Assembly: GCF_009834535.1 (NCBI RefSeq)
Contig: NC_045697.1
Coordinates: 54,066,001-54,130,000, forward strand
Direction of reading: 5' to 3'
DNA length: 64,000 bases
DNA from: Camelus ferus
Taxonomy: Eukaryota
The translations under genes and the position numbers were made by a program. A model generated the notes under the pieces. That model worked only from the letters and a program-made list of their open reading frames with translations, was not told where the DNA came from and made no database searches. Position 1 is the stretch's first letter, and every line of letters starts with the position of its first letter. Positions 37,458-50,897 of the stretch are shown in pieces.

Positions 37458-38419
37458 AAATAGTACATGTACCATGGGAAATGTGAGGTGATGAAAACTA
37501 CCTGGAAGTAAGAAACAGTGAGTTCCCTTCCCGATTCTGTTACTCATATTGTGGTCTGAAAAGTTTACTCCACTTGCCTGATCTCAGTCTGCTTTCAGCT
37601 TTGTGCTGTACACGTCACAGCACTGTGAGGATTAAAGGAAACAAAGTACTGAAAATGTTCGTTACAGCAACAGGAAATCAGCAAATCTTGTTCAAAGCAG
37701 AAGCTGTTCCTGAACTGTATTTTGCCACACCTTTTTTCCTTCTCAAATATTTAATTTTACATGCAAATATGTATGCCAGTATCTCCCACCAGCTATGTAA
37801 CACCAATTGGTTGGGTCTTAAAGTGGCTTTGCTCCCAATTAGTTAAAAATTCAACTGAGGTATTACAGATGTTCTCTGAAGAATGATTTTTCGTGGGCAT
37901 CAAAATCTGGGCATTGACAATAACTCCTCAGTAACAATACTTACTGTTAACTGAGCATTTCCTACGTAGCAGGTGGTAAGCTAAGTGCTTAACATAAATG
38001 ATCTCATTTAACTTCCTAAAAGCCCTATGATGTAGAAATAAGTGATGCTACATAATTTGTGGGGCCTAGTGAAATGTGAAAATTTGAGGTCCCTATTAAG
38101 CTTTGTCCTCTAAAAATATTTAACTACTTGTAAAACATAATAGGGATATCGATGGTACATGAGTAAGATTATAAACCAATAAACTGCAAAAATACAACTA
38201 TTTCTCTCACAATAAACAGTAACAATTTATAATATAATACCTTGGTTTATTATAAAACATTTGGTGTACATTTATGGAAACTCATTTGTTAGGTTATCAA
38301 AATTTATACTTTTACTAATCTAGTTTTCAATTGGTGTAATTAAAATTAATGTCAGTGGCTCTTGGCGAGATCACAATTCCTTTTTCCTTTTTTAAAAGGC
38401 AAATGTTTTGGTTAAAAGT

Positions 38420-39500
38420 TTTTAAATAAACTTTTAATTTTAGACAGTTTTAGGTTTACAGAAAAGTGCAGTGTCTATACACCCGTACTGTTCTCTGTTG
38501 TTAACATCTTACATTAATATGGCTTATTTGTTATAATTAATGAACCAATATTAGTACACTATTATTAAATGAAGTCCTTACTTACATTTCTTCAGTTTTT
38601 TCCCCTAATGTCCTTTTTCTGTTCTAGGACACCATTCCAGCTACTGTATTATATTTAGTTCTCATGTCTCCTTAGGATCATTTTGTCTGTGACAGTTTCT
38701 CAAACTTATCTTATTTTGATGACCTTGATAATTTTGAGGAATACTGGACAGGTATTTTGGAGAATGTCCTTCAATTAAGGTTTGTCTAATGTTTTTCTGA
38801 TGATTAGACTGCTGTCACAGGTTTTGGGGAGGAAGACCCTAGAGGTAAAGTGCCATTTTCATTACACTATTATGTGCCATCAACATGGTTTATTACTGGT
38901 AATGTTGATCTTGGTCACCTGGCTGAGGCAGTGTTTATGACACTTCTCTACTGTAAAGTTACTCTTCTTCCTCCCCTTCCCATACCATACTCTTTGGAAG
39001 GAAATTACTATTTGCAGCCTGCCTTTAAGAAATGGAGAATTATATCCCACTTTCTTGAGAATGGAGTATCTACATAAATTATTTGGAATTCTTCTGCATG
39101 AGAGACTTGGCTCTTTTCTGTCACTTTTTTTTTTTAAGCATTTACTTATATCGGTATATGCTCATGGATATTTATTTTATACTTTAAATTATAATCCAAT
39201 ACTTTGTTTCTCAAATTGTTCCAAATTTGACCTTTGGAGCTCTTTCAGTTGCCCTCTGTGTCCGAACTAGTTGGCATACCACCATCATTTTCTTTGTTTG
39301 CTTTTTAGTACTTTCTTTACAGAACTATAAGATATTGTGGGTGCATCTTGTGTATTTCCTGCTCTAGTCCTAAAATCAGCCATTTCTGCATGGATCTCTG
39401 GTTTCTTTTATGGGAGAATGGTATTAGAAACCAAGATCTGGGAGCTAAGTGTGCTTCTGACTATTTGGTTTCCTTGCTTCTAAACCTTCTCAGCTGAAAG
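38420..39500 (-). mobile_element. Old L1M (L1MC-like) 3' fragment
   Basis: ttttaggtttacagaaaag, gttaacatcttacattaatatgg, aatgaaccaatattagtacactattattaa and atggtattagaaaccaagatctggg resemble L1MC 3' sequence. Confidence 0.65.
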
Positions 39501-40014
39501 AGGGAGGAAATATGTCTACATGTGTATATTACATAATAAATATGTCTGTATACATATATGTGTTATACACTATGTATACATATAATTTACTGGCAAAGTT
39601 TTTTGATGGAATGCTTGCAGTCTTTCTGACAAATCTCAGGCTGGAGAGTTAATATTTGTGCAGACTTTGCAGGGACAGCTCTGGAACAGTTGGATGAGCT
39701 GGTTTCAGCCCGGCATCCATGTGGAGACCTTTCCTGGGCCATGGTCACTGCCATTGCTACTGCTACCTGTATTGCTGCTGCCACAACTGCCACTACCAAT
39801 CCAGACCAAGGTCCCATTCTGGTGACCTGCTCAGGCATGCACACATACTCCAGACAATGAGGCTAACTGCTTGTCATCTATGCTGCCCACTGTGCTGTGG
39901 GACTTGAGCCTACAGGTGTGGGCACTGCTGCTTGACAACAACCATATACAGTCACTGTTACCCAGTGTATTGCCTCTGCTCCATTTGAAGTCATCTCAAT
40001 TTCATCTCTTTCTC

Positions 40015-40037
40015 CACACACACACACACACACACAC
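40015..40037. repeat. (CA)n microsatellite
   Basis: Direct reading. Confidence 0.85.
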
Positions 40038-40100
40038 TCATAACAATACATATCCAGAGATATATATTCACAGATGAATCATTCACTTTGGGATAGAGTT

Positions 40101-40369
40101 AGTTACCAGATTTAGTAAATAAAAAGATAGGAAACTTTTAAATTTGAATTTAAGTAAGTGAAAATTTAGTTTTTTTGTATAAATGTATTTCAAATATAGC
40201 TTGTCCTTGCAAATAAATAGCTCAGCTGGGTTTCAAATCTGGGCAGTACAGCTGTGAAATGTGGGAAGATGTCAAATATTGCATAGAGTATACTTACAGT
40301 AAAAAAAATTATTTATTATTTATATGAAATTCAAATTTAACCAGGCATCCTGCATTTTATCTGGGAGCT
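40101..40369. mobile_element. MER53 palindromic hAT MITE with a central insertion of about 70 bp
   Basis: Left arm gttaccagatttagtaaataaaaag...ttaaatttgaattt and right arm aaattcaaatttaaccaggcatcctgcattttatctgg form an inverted repeat typical of MER53. Confidence 0.75.
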
Positions 40370-42614
40370 TAACTTCTTAGACCCCATTGATAGATTAATG
40401 CTAATTTCCCCCACTTTTTTCCTAAGCAGATCTATATATAATCAATGGGATGAATTTTTTTTTCAAATCTTTTGATCAAGGTTGGTAGTTCAATATCCCT
40501 CAACAAAAATAAAACAAAATGCTTCAAGATTCAAACATGTAATTTTTCCTCTGCCTCCAGTCCTAGGTTCTTGTTCTATCATATACACAAACACATACAA
40601 AACCATATACTCGGGAACATTTCCCTCCCTCCCCACCACCTCGTCATCTCATCTCTTCATCATAATGACCCACCATCTTCTTTCTTGTGGTCTGTAACAT
40701 TTGTTTAAAAGGAGTGAAAAAAAAAAAAACAAAACAGAACTAAACACCACACTAAGGAAGTAAAGTAAAATAGTGTGAATCAGAGTAACATAACCTGTTT
40801 TTCTTGTCCCCTTAGATCTGTGAGGTGTCTTTTCAATATGAGTCATGGTCTTTCCTATGCTTTGTTGAACCACAGATAGTCCTTGGGCAAATGCTCTGGT
40901 ATCAGTCGTTATACTGACAGAGATTTTTTCTCCAGAGCTAAATTAGCCTTAAATTGAGTCCTCCATTCCTTTGCTGCTTGCTTCTTATTATTTATTGGTT
41001 TCTTTTCAGTTGGGGGCTCAGCCTACTTGGGTATTCAAGATTGTGACTTGCAACTTATCCCTGCTGTCCAAACTACTTATCTTGATTGTATTTCATTTTA
41101 AATTGTCCATTAGATCTTTGCCATTTGAGTTTCTACACTGTCTTCTTCGCAACCTTACCTTTCTATGACATTTCCTCTTTATAGATAAGAGCGTCATACG
41201 AACTTTAGAAAATTGCCTTTCAGAAAAAGCTGGCCAGGCCAAGAATGAGTCAAACATTTTCATCAGGAAGTCAGCCAGACAGAGCCTGTGAGGCCCCCTA
41301 TTCACTAGCTAGGATTTGACAGTTCTTATACCTGTGAAAATAGAGGCAAGGGTGAGGTCAGCAGTCACTGACCCCACCTCTTCACAGCCCTTGCTTAAAT
41401 TTTGGAGAGGACTCATGTAGAAAACTTTTGTACAGAGGAGGCCAACAACATCTATCAACATCTCTCCCCAGGTTAATAACTGACTTAGTATAATGGAGAA
41501 AACAAATCTTTGTAAGTTAAAATCTTGGCTCTACCACTTGGCTTTACCATCTTTGTGACTTTGAGTTTGTTTATTAACCTCTCTGAGCACTGATTTCTTA
41601 ATCTTTTAAAAGAGGATAGTAATACTTACCTCCAAGTGCTCTTGTATGGATTAGAGATTGGATAATAAAGCCCTTGACACATGATAGAAACTCAGTAAAT
41701 AGCTTTTATCTTGGTTATTATGATCTCCTAATTGGAGATTTAAGGTTGAAAGTTGTTAATATAATATTTTCTTATACAAGTGGAAGTATCATTGCATGTT
41801 TAAATTTCAACTCTTCTCATATTTTGAATGTGTGCAATAAAATTGTTCTATGAGAAAATTAATGAAATAATGACGTGTCCTCTAAATATTCCAATAAGGC
41901 TATAAGTTATATATAATTCCATCACAAAAGAACTGCTAAAAAGATACACTGAAGAATCTTTCAGTGTTACTTAAGATCCTAGTCAGGGAAAAACCCAAAG
42001 GTATATATGTTAGCCTTACTTTGTTTTCTCATATTGATCTTCCTTGTAGCTTAACTAAGGTATTAATTAATCACATTCATAGTGTGGTAACTGTTTCATA
42101 CTATAATCATTTAAAGATATTCCATGTGTGTGATTTTTGAATGCAGACTTTTAATTTTATAAATTACATAAATAAAAAAATCTAAATCTAAAGTGGTAAA
42201 AAAACAAATGAGAGTTCATGATTTAAGAAAAAATTCTGAAGAGTATGAGAATGAACGATCTTTATACCAGAACACTCTATTTCCAGTAAACTTCTTGATT
42301 GGAATTCCCTGTAAGTACAGTGATATGTCAAAGGGTAAATCACACTTGAACATGGAAATATAGGTTTAAGGAAGTCAAAGAACATCAAGCTGAGGTTCCA
42401 GATAGGGTGGGGGCAGCAAAAAAGGGAGAATAAAACAAGTGACTAGAAAAATCATACTTTTTATACTTTAGGAAAAATAGGAGATAGCGTTACTCTCCAG
42501 AAGATTCAATTCAGTATACTATAAAAAGTGCAGTATTGTGGGAAGTCAAAGATGGTAAAGTATATGTAATAATATTTTTAAAATTATGTTAAAGAGCTTT
42601 TCTCTTTTGCATTT

Positions 42615-42642
42615 TGTGTGTGTGTGTGTGTGTATGTGTGTG
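42615..42642. repeat. (TG)n microsatellite
   Basis: Direct reading. Confidence 0.85.
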
Positions 42643-45600
42643 CCTGAACAACCCCTTATCATGCCAAGGACATCCATTTGCCCTGGGGTTAGAATTTTAC
42701 AGGGGAAATTTTGAAAGAGAAAAATGAAGTTTTTACAATCCAAAGTAGGATTTGTTTTTAGTTGAGAGAAAACAGGAATTTTGAAACCAAAGCCTCATCA
42801 AGAAAGGAAAATAGATTCCAAATTCTTTTAGCTCCAATTACCTTTTTAGAGCCAGGCCTGGACAAGATCATTAAATTCCTTCCATATTGTAGACAGGATA
42901 TTCCTTCCTTTTTAAAAATCAAACTTTAAGATTTACTGCCTCAGGGAAGGAGGTTATTTAGCAAATTGAATCTGTATTGGAGAAAAGGACGAAGTGAACA
43001 CTCCATTCTTCTGACTGGGTAAATCGTGGGCCAAAAGAGACAGAGATGGGGAAAAGAAGTTAGATGTACATGTTCTCCCGTTCTGTCTTGAGGCAGAACT
43101 ATAGGATGAGTGGAGAAGCAATAAAAATAGGAATGGGTGAGCCCAAGAATGCCAGGACTGTGGCAGCGAGGGGAAGCTATGAGGTTCTAGGAGAAGCCTT
43201 GTATGTGGCCTTGCTGAGCTTGATCTGGGAGGGATGTTACACAGTCGACAGAGCAAGGTAGCTGTATAGATAAATCTGAGGCTTATTTCCCATGGCCCAT
43301 TCTATGGATACAAGGAGAAAGGCTGATCCCATGGACTCCAGTGATGAAAGGAGGAGGTGATGAGAGGGCCCTGGGACTGACAGAGACCTGCACTTAAGCT
43401 GGCTACAGAAAGAAGGGAGTCAGAGACCTAGAGCAAATGGCCAGGACCAGACTACAGTGGTAGGTGCCATCAGGGTGTCACTTGCTTCATAAGACAAGTA
43501 ACACCTCAGATTTGATCTGTCCACGGACCAAACCAGAAAAAATCAGGGGTCAAGAGAATGCCCCATGACTCAGGTCCTCACTGCTCAGCTGCCTTAGGTC
43601 ACAAACACTATTTACTCATACCTAACATACTATCTTGGAGAGGAGCAGGGAAGGAGTAAGAAACCAAGAAAAAATTATAATAAAAATGGACATTTACCTG
43701 AAGAGCACCCTTTAAACCAGCCTAATAAGAAGTTGAACTTTGATTTCAGGAAACTAATCAATTTCAGTTAGGGAGTGAAATGATGAAAGAATTTAAATGA
43801 AAAGACATAGGTATTCAACTGCTATTGCACACCACCCAGGGCAAAGGAGCATCAGGGCAAAGACGCCATCTTTGACAGAAAAGAAAATTAACCATATTTC
43901 TTTGCATATCTATATGTAGGGAGTAACTGTTGATCTCAGTACGTCTTCTAAAATAGATAAATGAAGAATGGAGGAAAATACCTAGAGTTGAATCTCAAGC
44001 CACAGTCTCTCCTTGCACCTGCCATCTCTATTCAATTATATTTATGACATATCTCTAAGTTAATACTAGCACCATCTACTAGATAGAACAAAATCAAGGA
44101 CAATAATGAGTAGATACACATAGAACTCAATATTGTATAAGCATCATTTCTCAATGGGAAATTAGTCCACATCTTTTGATCATGAACACAGAAAAAACAA
44201 ACAGAAAGAAATAATTTCAGATCTAAGAAAGCAAGCATCTAAAATATGAATGAAGAGGATTAGTAACTATTTTGAACCATTTTTGATTTTTATTTTAATT
44301 TTTCATAAACATTAAAATAATTATAACAATATCACTTGATCATAAATTTTCTTTATAAACCCAAAAGTCTTGAGATAGCCATTTTACAAAACAAATATTA
44401 TTTTGTAAATAAGGTTTTTTATATACTTAGAAAAAGCACAATTATACCTGATTTAGACTAATTATTATTTTAGTATCTGTTTTATAGGTTATAGAATCTA
44501 AACTACAGAAGAAATAAAGAAGATAAATGATTTAACAGGATGTAAGGAAAATTGAAATAAGATTTTCAAACTTGCAGCTATAAGTTCTAGAAATCTAATA
44601 TAGTTATTAACTAAATTATGAAATAGATATTTATCTGTAAGTATTAGCATAGCCAGAATTATCCAAGAATATTTATTATGTTCTAATAGACACAAAATTG
44701 TGCCAACTGCTATTTAAAGTTAATTTGAATAGACACAATTTCAACAAACCCAGCCAAGTGGATTCCTTTCCCTGAACTTCAGATGATTATCTGTCTTTCC
44801 TTTCTGTTACGGAAAATTATATGAGGACTGTGGTTTTCTCTCTGGTGTCACCTTCATTAGGATTTTATTTTCTCTTTTCTTTTAAAAAATATGTTCAAAA
44901 TTAGAAGTTGCAAGAATATTAAAAGAACTTTCTTTTCTCTGTACCATTTGTAACATGCAGTCATCATGTCCAATCACCCCAATGTACGTACTGTAACGTG
45001 TATTTCCTACAAACCAGGGCATTGTTCTGGTACAGTAAAACCACCAACATCAGGAAACTAACATCAATACATTACTACCTCTCAATCCAAATATCCCATT
45101 CAAGTCTCAATTATCCTAACCACATTCATTATAGCCAAGGTACCCAGAATCACATGCTGCATTTAGTTATTTAGACTCATTCAATCTAGAAGAGTTCTCT
45201 AGTTTTTCTTTGACTTTCATGATCTTGACATTTTTGAAGACTATAGGTCACCTTTTTTCACAGGCTATTTCTCCATGTTAGCTTTTGCTTTTTTGAATAT
45301 TATGAACAACTGATCACACATCCACAAAAGGGGGAAGAGGGTAGAATGTGTGGATTCAGATGAAGGCAAGTTACTAGATAAGTGTGGAAAATTCACTTCT
45401 GATTCACTTCTATTTCTTCAGTAAAATAAGTAATAAGACCAACAGCTGAGTGAGAATGAGGAGGAGGTATTTGGAAAGAACAGGTCTGAAATAATTCTGA
45501 GAAGAGTGAATAGGAATTAAATAGAGGCATATAGTATGATTATTAAACAGCACTCTGGGGCCATGTGAAGATAGCATCATGAATTTAAAGAGAGAAGAGA

Positions 45601-46429
45601 GTAGAGAATGTATGCAGGAGAGTGCTTATAAAGAAGGACCATGTAATCTAAACTGGGTGACAGAGGAAATGTGGACTTGATATGGGTGAGAAACCATGAA
45701 AAGGGAACAGAATCAATGGATTAGTGGGACCCTAGTGGGATCCAAGAAGTGTTGGACTCAAATAATTAGAGAGAGTGAACTGGACAGAGGTAGTAAATGC
45801 TTGATAATGTCTTCATTTCTCTCTCCTCCTTAAATAATCATATATATAGAAAATGGAGTTCTAGTTTCTACCTAATTTTCTTATATTCTTGAAGATATTG
45901 CTCTATTCTCTTTTTACAACCTCTGTTTAGAAAGGGTAAGCTGTATTTTTATATGTTTGATTTGTTAATTTTCCCCCTACTTATTGGTATTGAAATATTT
46001 GACAGATGAGGACTTTTAAAAACTCTTTATCCTATTTTAAACTCTTTAGGTCCTCCAAACTGCAGATTCATATCTTCAGTTCTTAGAAATTCTTGGTTAT
46101 TATTTATTCCAATGTTGTCTCATTCCATTATTTTCTTTTAAGACTCCTATGGAGTATGTTTTTCATCTTTTTCTGTGCTTTTATAGGTGTTTCATAAGAG
46201 CATAAAGATAATAATCTTGCCATTTGTAAATAAGAAATCCTTGGACAGAGAACTTTATCATTGTTAAATGAGCCTGTTTGTTCTAGGTATTTATCAGTAG
46301 CAATAGATGGAGGTATTCTTTAGGGATGTTTTAAAGACACAAAAATTACTTAATAAGGCTAGTTTTTTAAATTACTATTATAAAATATTTTTATAATATA
46401 TAATGAATTATATTTAGCTCATTAAAAGT

Positions 46430-46940
46430 TACCTAGTCAGAGGTTCAATATACAAACAGGCAATGGCTAGATCATATATGAAGGTGTAACTCTGACCCAT
46501 TGCCTTCAGGAACTATCCCAGAAAGCCAACGCACTATCTATAACAACCAGTCCGAGAGTCCAAACAACAAGTAATCAGCCCCAAATGACTAGGACTTGAT
46601 TAATAATTTGATTATTAACTGATAACTTTCTTAATATTTCCCTCCGCTTTCAACTTAGGACTAATCAGAGAAACCTAAATATATGCATGCCCTATCCAAC
46701 CAAATATTATGCTTTGCTTCTAGCTAGCCCTCCTACAGCTTTCCCATGCTAACAGCCTCCAATCAGGGTATACCTGAAGACTTTTTTTTTTTTTTAACTA
46801 TAAAGCTTTCCCCCTTTCTGCCTACCTTTGAGTTCCTGCCAAATACAAATGATAGTGGCTAACTCCCTTGCTATATAGCAAGCTTTGAATAAACAGCCAT
46901 TATTTGTTGTCACTTGGTTGGCCTTTGTTTAATTGTATAC
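46430..46940 (+). mobile_element. Probable ERV solo LTR (subfamily not assigned)
   Basis: Ordered CCAAT (cctccaatcaggg), TATAAA (actataaagctttccc) and AATAAA (gaataaacagcc), an LTR U3-R layout, followed by a TA microsatellite. Confidence 0.55.
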
Positions 46941-47169
46941 TAGAGTTTTATATATACATATATATATATAGATGTATATATACACACATATATATATAAA
47001 AATATAAATTTACAAATATTATGTAGTATAGTTCCAGCAGTAAATTCCACTGCTTTATTATTAAAGAATTGCTTAAACATTGGTCACTAATAGAGCTAGT
47101 GAAACTGTCTCAAAAATTAGATATTATATGCAGTGTTTATGTACAAGATCTTTATGAATGAATAATTGA

Positions 47170-48260
47170 TTAACTCATTACATCAACAATATTCACAAGT
47201 ATATGCTAAGGACTGTTGTTAGCACTAGAAAGGCAATAATCCACATTTTCATTCTACTAATAAATTGATAATTTAATATATATGTATGTACACATATGTA
47301 TAATACATACATAGAGGGAAACATAGATAACAAGCTATAAATGCTAAGAAAAAGAAGTAGAGGTTGAAGATAGAAGGTGATGGGGTCACTATTTTAGACA
47401 ACATGGTCAGAGAAGGCCCTTCTGAGCAGAAATGTGAAAGAAATGAAAGAGCAAAACTTGAAAGTATTTGCAGCAAGAGTTTCAAAGGGGAGAGAATAGA
47501 AATTACAAACATTGAGGACAACATGGCTGGAACTGAGTGAAGGTGCAGTTGGAAATATCAGAGAAGGGCAAGATTGCATATGATCTGTATGCCAAGATAA
47601 GACTTTGAATTTAATTCTGACTGTGCTGAAAAGGCATTTGAGGTTTTTATGCAGCAACATAATCTGACTAATATTTCCATAATACCACTCTGATTGTTGT
47701 ATACAGAATGGGGTCAGTTATGGAACCAGTGATGAAGTTAGGAGATAATGCAGTATTTCAGATGACTGATTATCTGATCATTGATTAGGTGGTATTAGTG
47801 AAGATGGTGACAAGTGGTTAGATGTGAATATATATTTTCATGGTAGAGACTGTAGGATTTTCTAATGGATTGGATGTAAAGTGGAGTCTAGGGTGACTTC
47901 AAGGTTTTTGTCATGACCAACTGGGTGGAGAATGGTGCAATTTACTGAGATTAGGAAGACTTAGAAGAAGCAGCTATGAGGGTTAGGGAGATTAACTGTT
48001 AAATTTTGAACATGTTAAGCATAAAATGCTTACGTGAAATACAAGTGAGTATGCTGAGTAGAGATTTAGATATGTAAGTCTGGTGTTCAGAGAAGAGGTA
48101 AGGATTGGAAGTGTAAGTTTGAGAATTATGAACATACAGTGTATCTGAAATGAAGTAGCTGAGTCAGAAAGTAAGTGAGATAGCGAAGATATCTGAGGGC
48201 TGAGCCCTGAGAACGTGCAAAATTTAGTAGCTGGGAAGAGGCAGAGGATTCAGCAAACAG
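47170..48260 (-). mobile_element. LINE-2 fragment
   Basis: L2-like motifs tggtcagagaaggcccttctgag, ggtttttgtcatgaccaactgggtgg, ttttgaacatgttaag and gagggctgagccctgagaac. Boundaries approximate. Confidence 0.6.
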
Positions 48261-49077
48261 TTTCTGAGTTGTTGTCCTCTAATGAGCATTTTTAAGGAGT
48301 CATGTAACTCTTGGTTGACTCATGTTTCAAGTATTAGATACAATCTACTACTACCGAATTGCACTAGTAGCTGCACTATTAGCGTAGTACACAGTAGTTT
48401 GAACATATCTCCTTTGTTAATTAGCAACAGTGTAAAGCCAAATGTAGCTACAAATTAATTACTTGGAGGTATTTACTCAATAACCTTTTGAATTAGATGT
48501 TTTAATCAAGTACTAAAGATACTATGAATAATTTAATTTATGTAATGATAAATGTCTGCTCAATCCTTCAATTCTTGAGTGCCTAAAAGCATGTCCTGCA
48601 AAAGTAGGAACTGAATAAATATTAGTTCCATGCTGTAATGTTTTATCAGTAGATACTTAATAATCACAAAGCCACTTTATGTACTAGCAAAGGACATAAA
48701 ATTATTACTAAAAATATTACTAAAAACTATCTAAAAATTATTACTGTAGGGTATATTTTCCATTCATTTTCTCCAGCAGCATAAAGTGATACACATGATT
48801 AAAAACAGGTATTTCTTGAAATAAGGGTCCCACGTCCAAGCTCTTTCATCAGTATTTTTAGTTCTGACTTACTATAAGGCTTTGGTCAAACTGCATTATC
48901 CTTGTATAGAGTAGGCACAATATTTTCTTTCTACATGTTGGAAGCTGTAGGACCTGATGGGATATATGCTGTCCTCAGAGCTCTCTGGAAGAGAGTCAGG
49001 GATAATGATAGTGATGATTATAGGTGTGTTAGAAAATACCTCAATTGACCAACTGTTGTTTTTAGCATCACCTTATG

Positions 49078-49321
49078 ATTGGCTAAAGAAAGATGGCACG
49101 TGATTAGCTTCAGACTGTCAAGAACTCTTTTGAAACCGTGGCCCATGCCTGAGTCAGATTTAAAAGCCAGGTCCTGGGAAAAGGAGGTTAACTCTGCACT
49201 GTCTGTCATGTATTTTGGATTTCAGAAGAAAGATTCCAGAGTTTCATTCTCAAATCATTTTCAATAGCTGCTAGCCAAAGAAGCAGATGCCAGTGATCAC
49301 TTCAAGATCATAAACTACAAG
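49078..49321 (+). promoter_or_regulatory. Promoter-like motif cluster followed by a possible non-coding first exon
   Basis: ATTGG 49078-49082, CACGTG 49097-49102, TGAGTCA 49150-49156, TTTAAAA 49159-49165, then a donor-like AAG|GTATGG at 49321/49322. Confidence 0.35.
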
Positions 49322-49591
49322 GTATGGAAGACAATATTTAGTGGGATTAATGCATACTTTAAAATCTATGTTTTCCTCCTTATGCTCTGTTATAGTTTCC
49401 TATGCATGATCTTTCTTAAATTTACTTCTGTGTTTACATCTTAAATCTGTCCTGTTCAAATTTTATTTTCTCTACTTGAAACTTGAATGTTGAGGCATTT
49501 TCAATGTATTGCTTAGAAGTGTACTTCTAGTCAATTAAAAAATATCTTTGGAGGTTTATAATGACATCTGTTTGGTTTGAAAAGGTTAATT

Positions 49592-50897
49592 CAGTGTTTC
49601 TTAAAGTGCATACCAAGGATTCTTGGGTATCCCTGAGATTCTAATGGACTATTGACTTCAAAATTAAGTATCACTGTGGTTTCTCTGTGTTGACATTCGT
49701 ACTGATAAAGTAAAAGCAATAATGATTAAAACTATTAACACCTTAGTGCTAATCAAGGCACTGGCACCAAACTGTACCAGGAGACATTATAATTTTTGCT
49801 TTTAAGCACTCTGGAAAAAAAAATTTCCAGTTTCACTTAAGAATGTTCTTGATAAAACAATAAAAATTAATTTTATTATATCTTGACCATTGGGTATAGA
49901 TGTTCCTTAATATGCTAGGTAACAAAATGAAAAGCATACATAAACACATGCTGCATACTAAAGGACAATGGTGGTCTTGAGGAAAGTTCTTGGACATTTG
50001 AGTTGAAAGCTGAAATAGCTGCTATCTAACACATGGCACCATTTTTACTTGAAAGAGCAAGTGACATACAAAATCATGGTTATTTAGACTTAGTTCTTTT
50101 GCAGACAATTTATTAAAATTAGTAAAGTAAGCCTGTTACTTCAAGGAAAATAATAATGTGTTTGTGATAAAATTCAAACTCTCAAGTGAAAATTAGAATT
50201 TTGGAAAACTTACATAATCCCCTAAAAACTGAGTTTCACAATACTTAATACTTTTTATAATGAAGTTGGTGTTGATATTGTATAATGGAATATGTCAGCA
50301 TTTGGGAGATCTGCATGACTAGGTGAACTAAGTGAATCAATACTTTATAAATAGCCAACGCATGATATTACAAAATCATACACATGAAAAGATCCACTTG
50401 TCAGGTGACAGAGATAGATGGATTTTAACATCACAAAGTACAACAATTTCATCCATATGGCTTCAGATTCTACATTGCAACAACTAACCTCTAAGAAACT
50501 ACCACTTTTCCAGATTTGGTGAAGAATCAAAGAATATCCACAATTATTTGAAAAGGCTATCAAAATACTCCTTCTTCTTTCCAACTATATCTCTGTGTGA
50601 GACAGAATTTTCCTAAAACACTTCAATCAAAACAATCCATTGCAATGCAGCAAGTTCAAAGCAGATAGACATGAGAGTCACAATTTTTAAAATATAATTT
50701 AAAAAATTAAAATTTTATTTTAAATAGCTGGTTATTTTTATTTTATATTAATAAATAAATATTTTAATTTTCTTAGTTTTAATTTTAATACAGCAAATAC
50801 TGATAGACCGCCCAGATAAACAGTATCTGTTTAGCATTCTCAGTCATTTTAAAGGGTATTTAGGGGTCATGAGAACAAAATGTCTTGAGTACCTTTG
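49592..50897 (+). mobile_element. Charlie1-type hAT DNA transposon remnant
   Basis: Terminal cagtgtttcttaaagtg. Internal degenerate transposase sequence aaggcactggcaccaaactgtacc, catttttacttgaaagagc, aaaattagaattttggaaaact and aagaatatccacaattatttgaaaaggctatcaaaatactcct. Confidence 0.75.
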
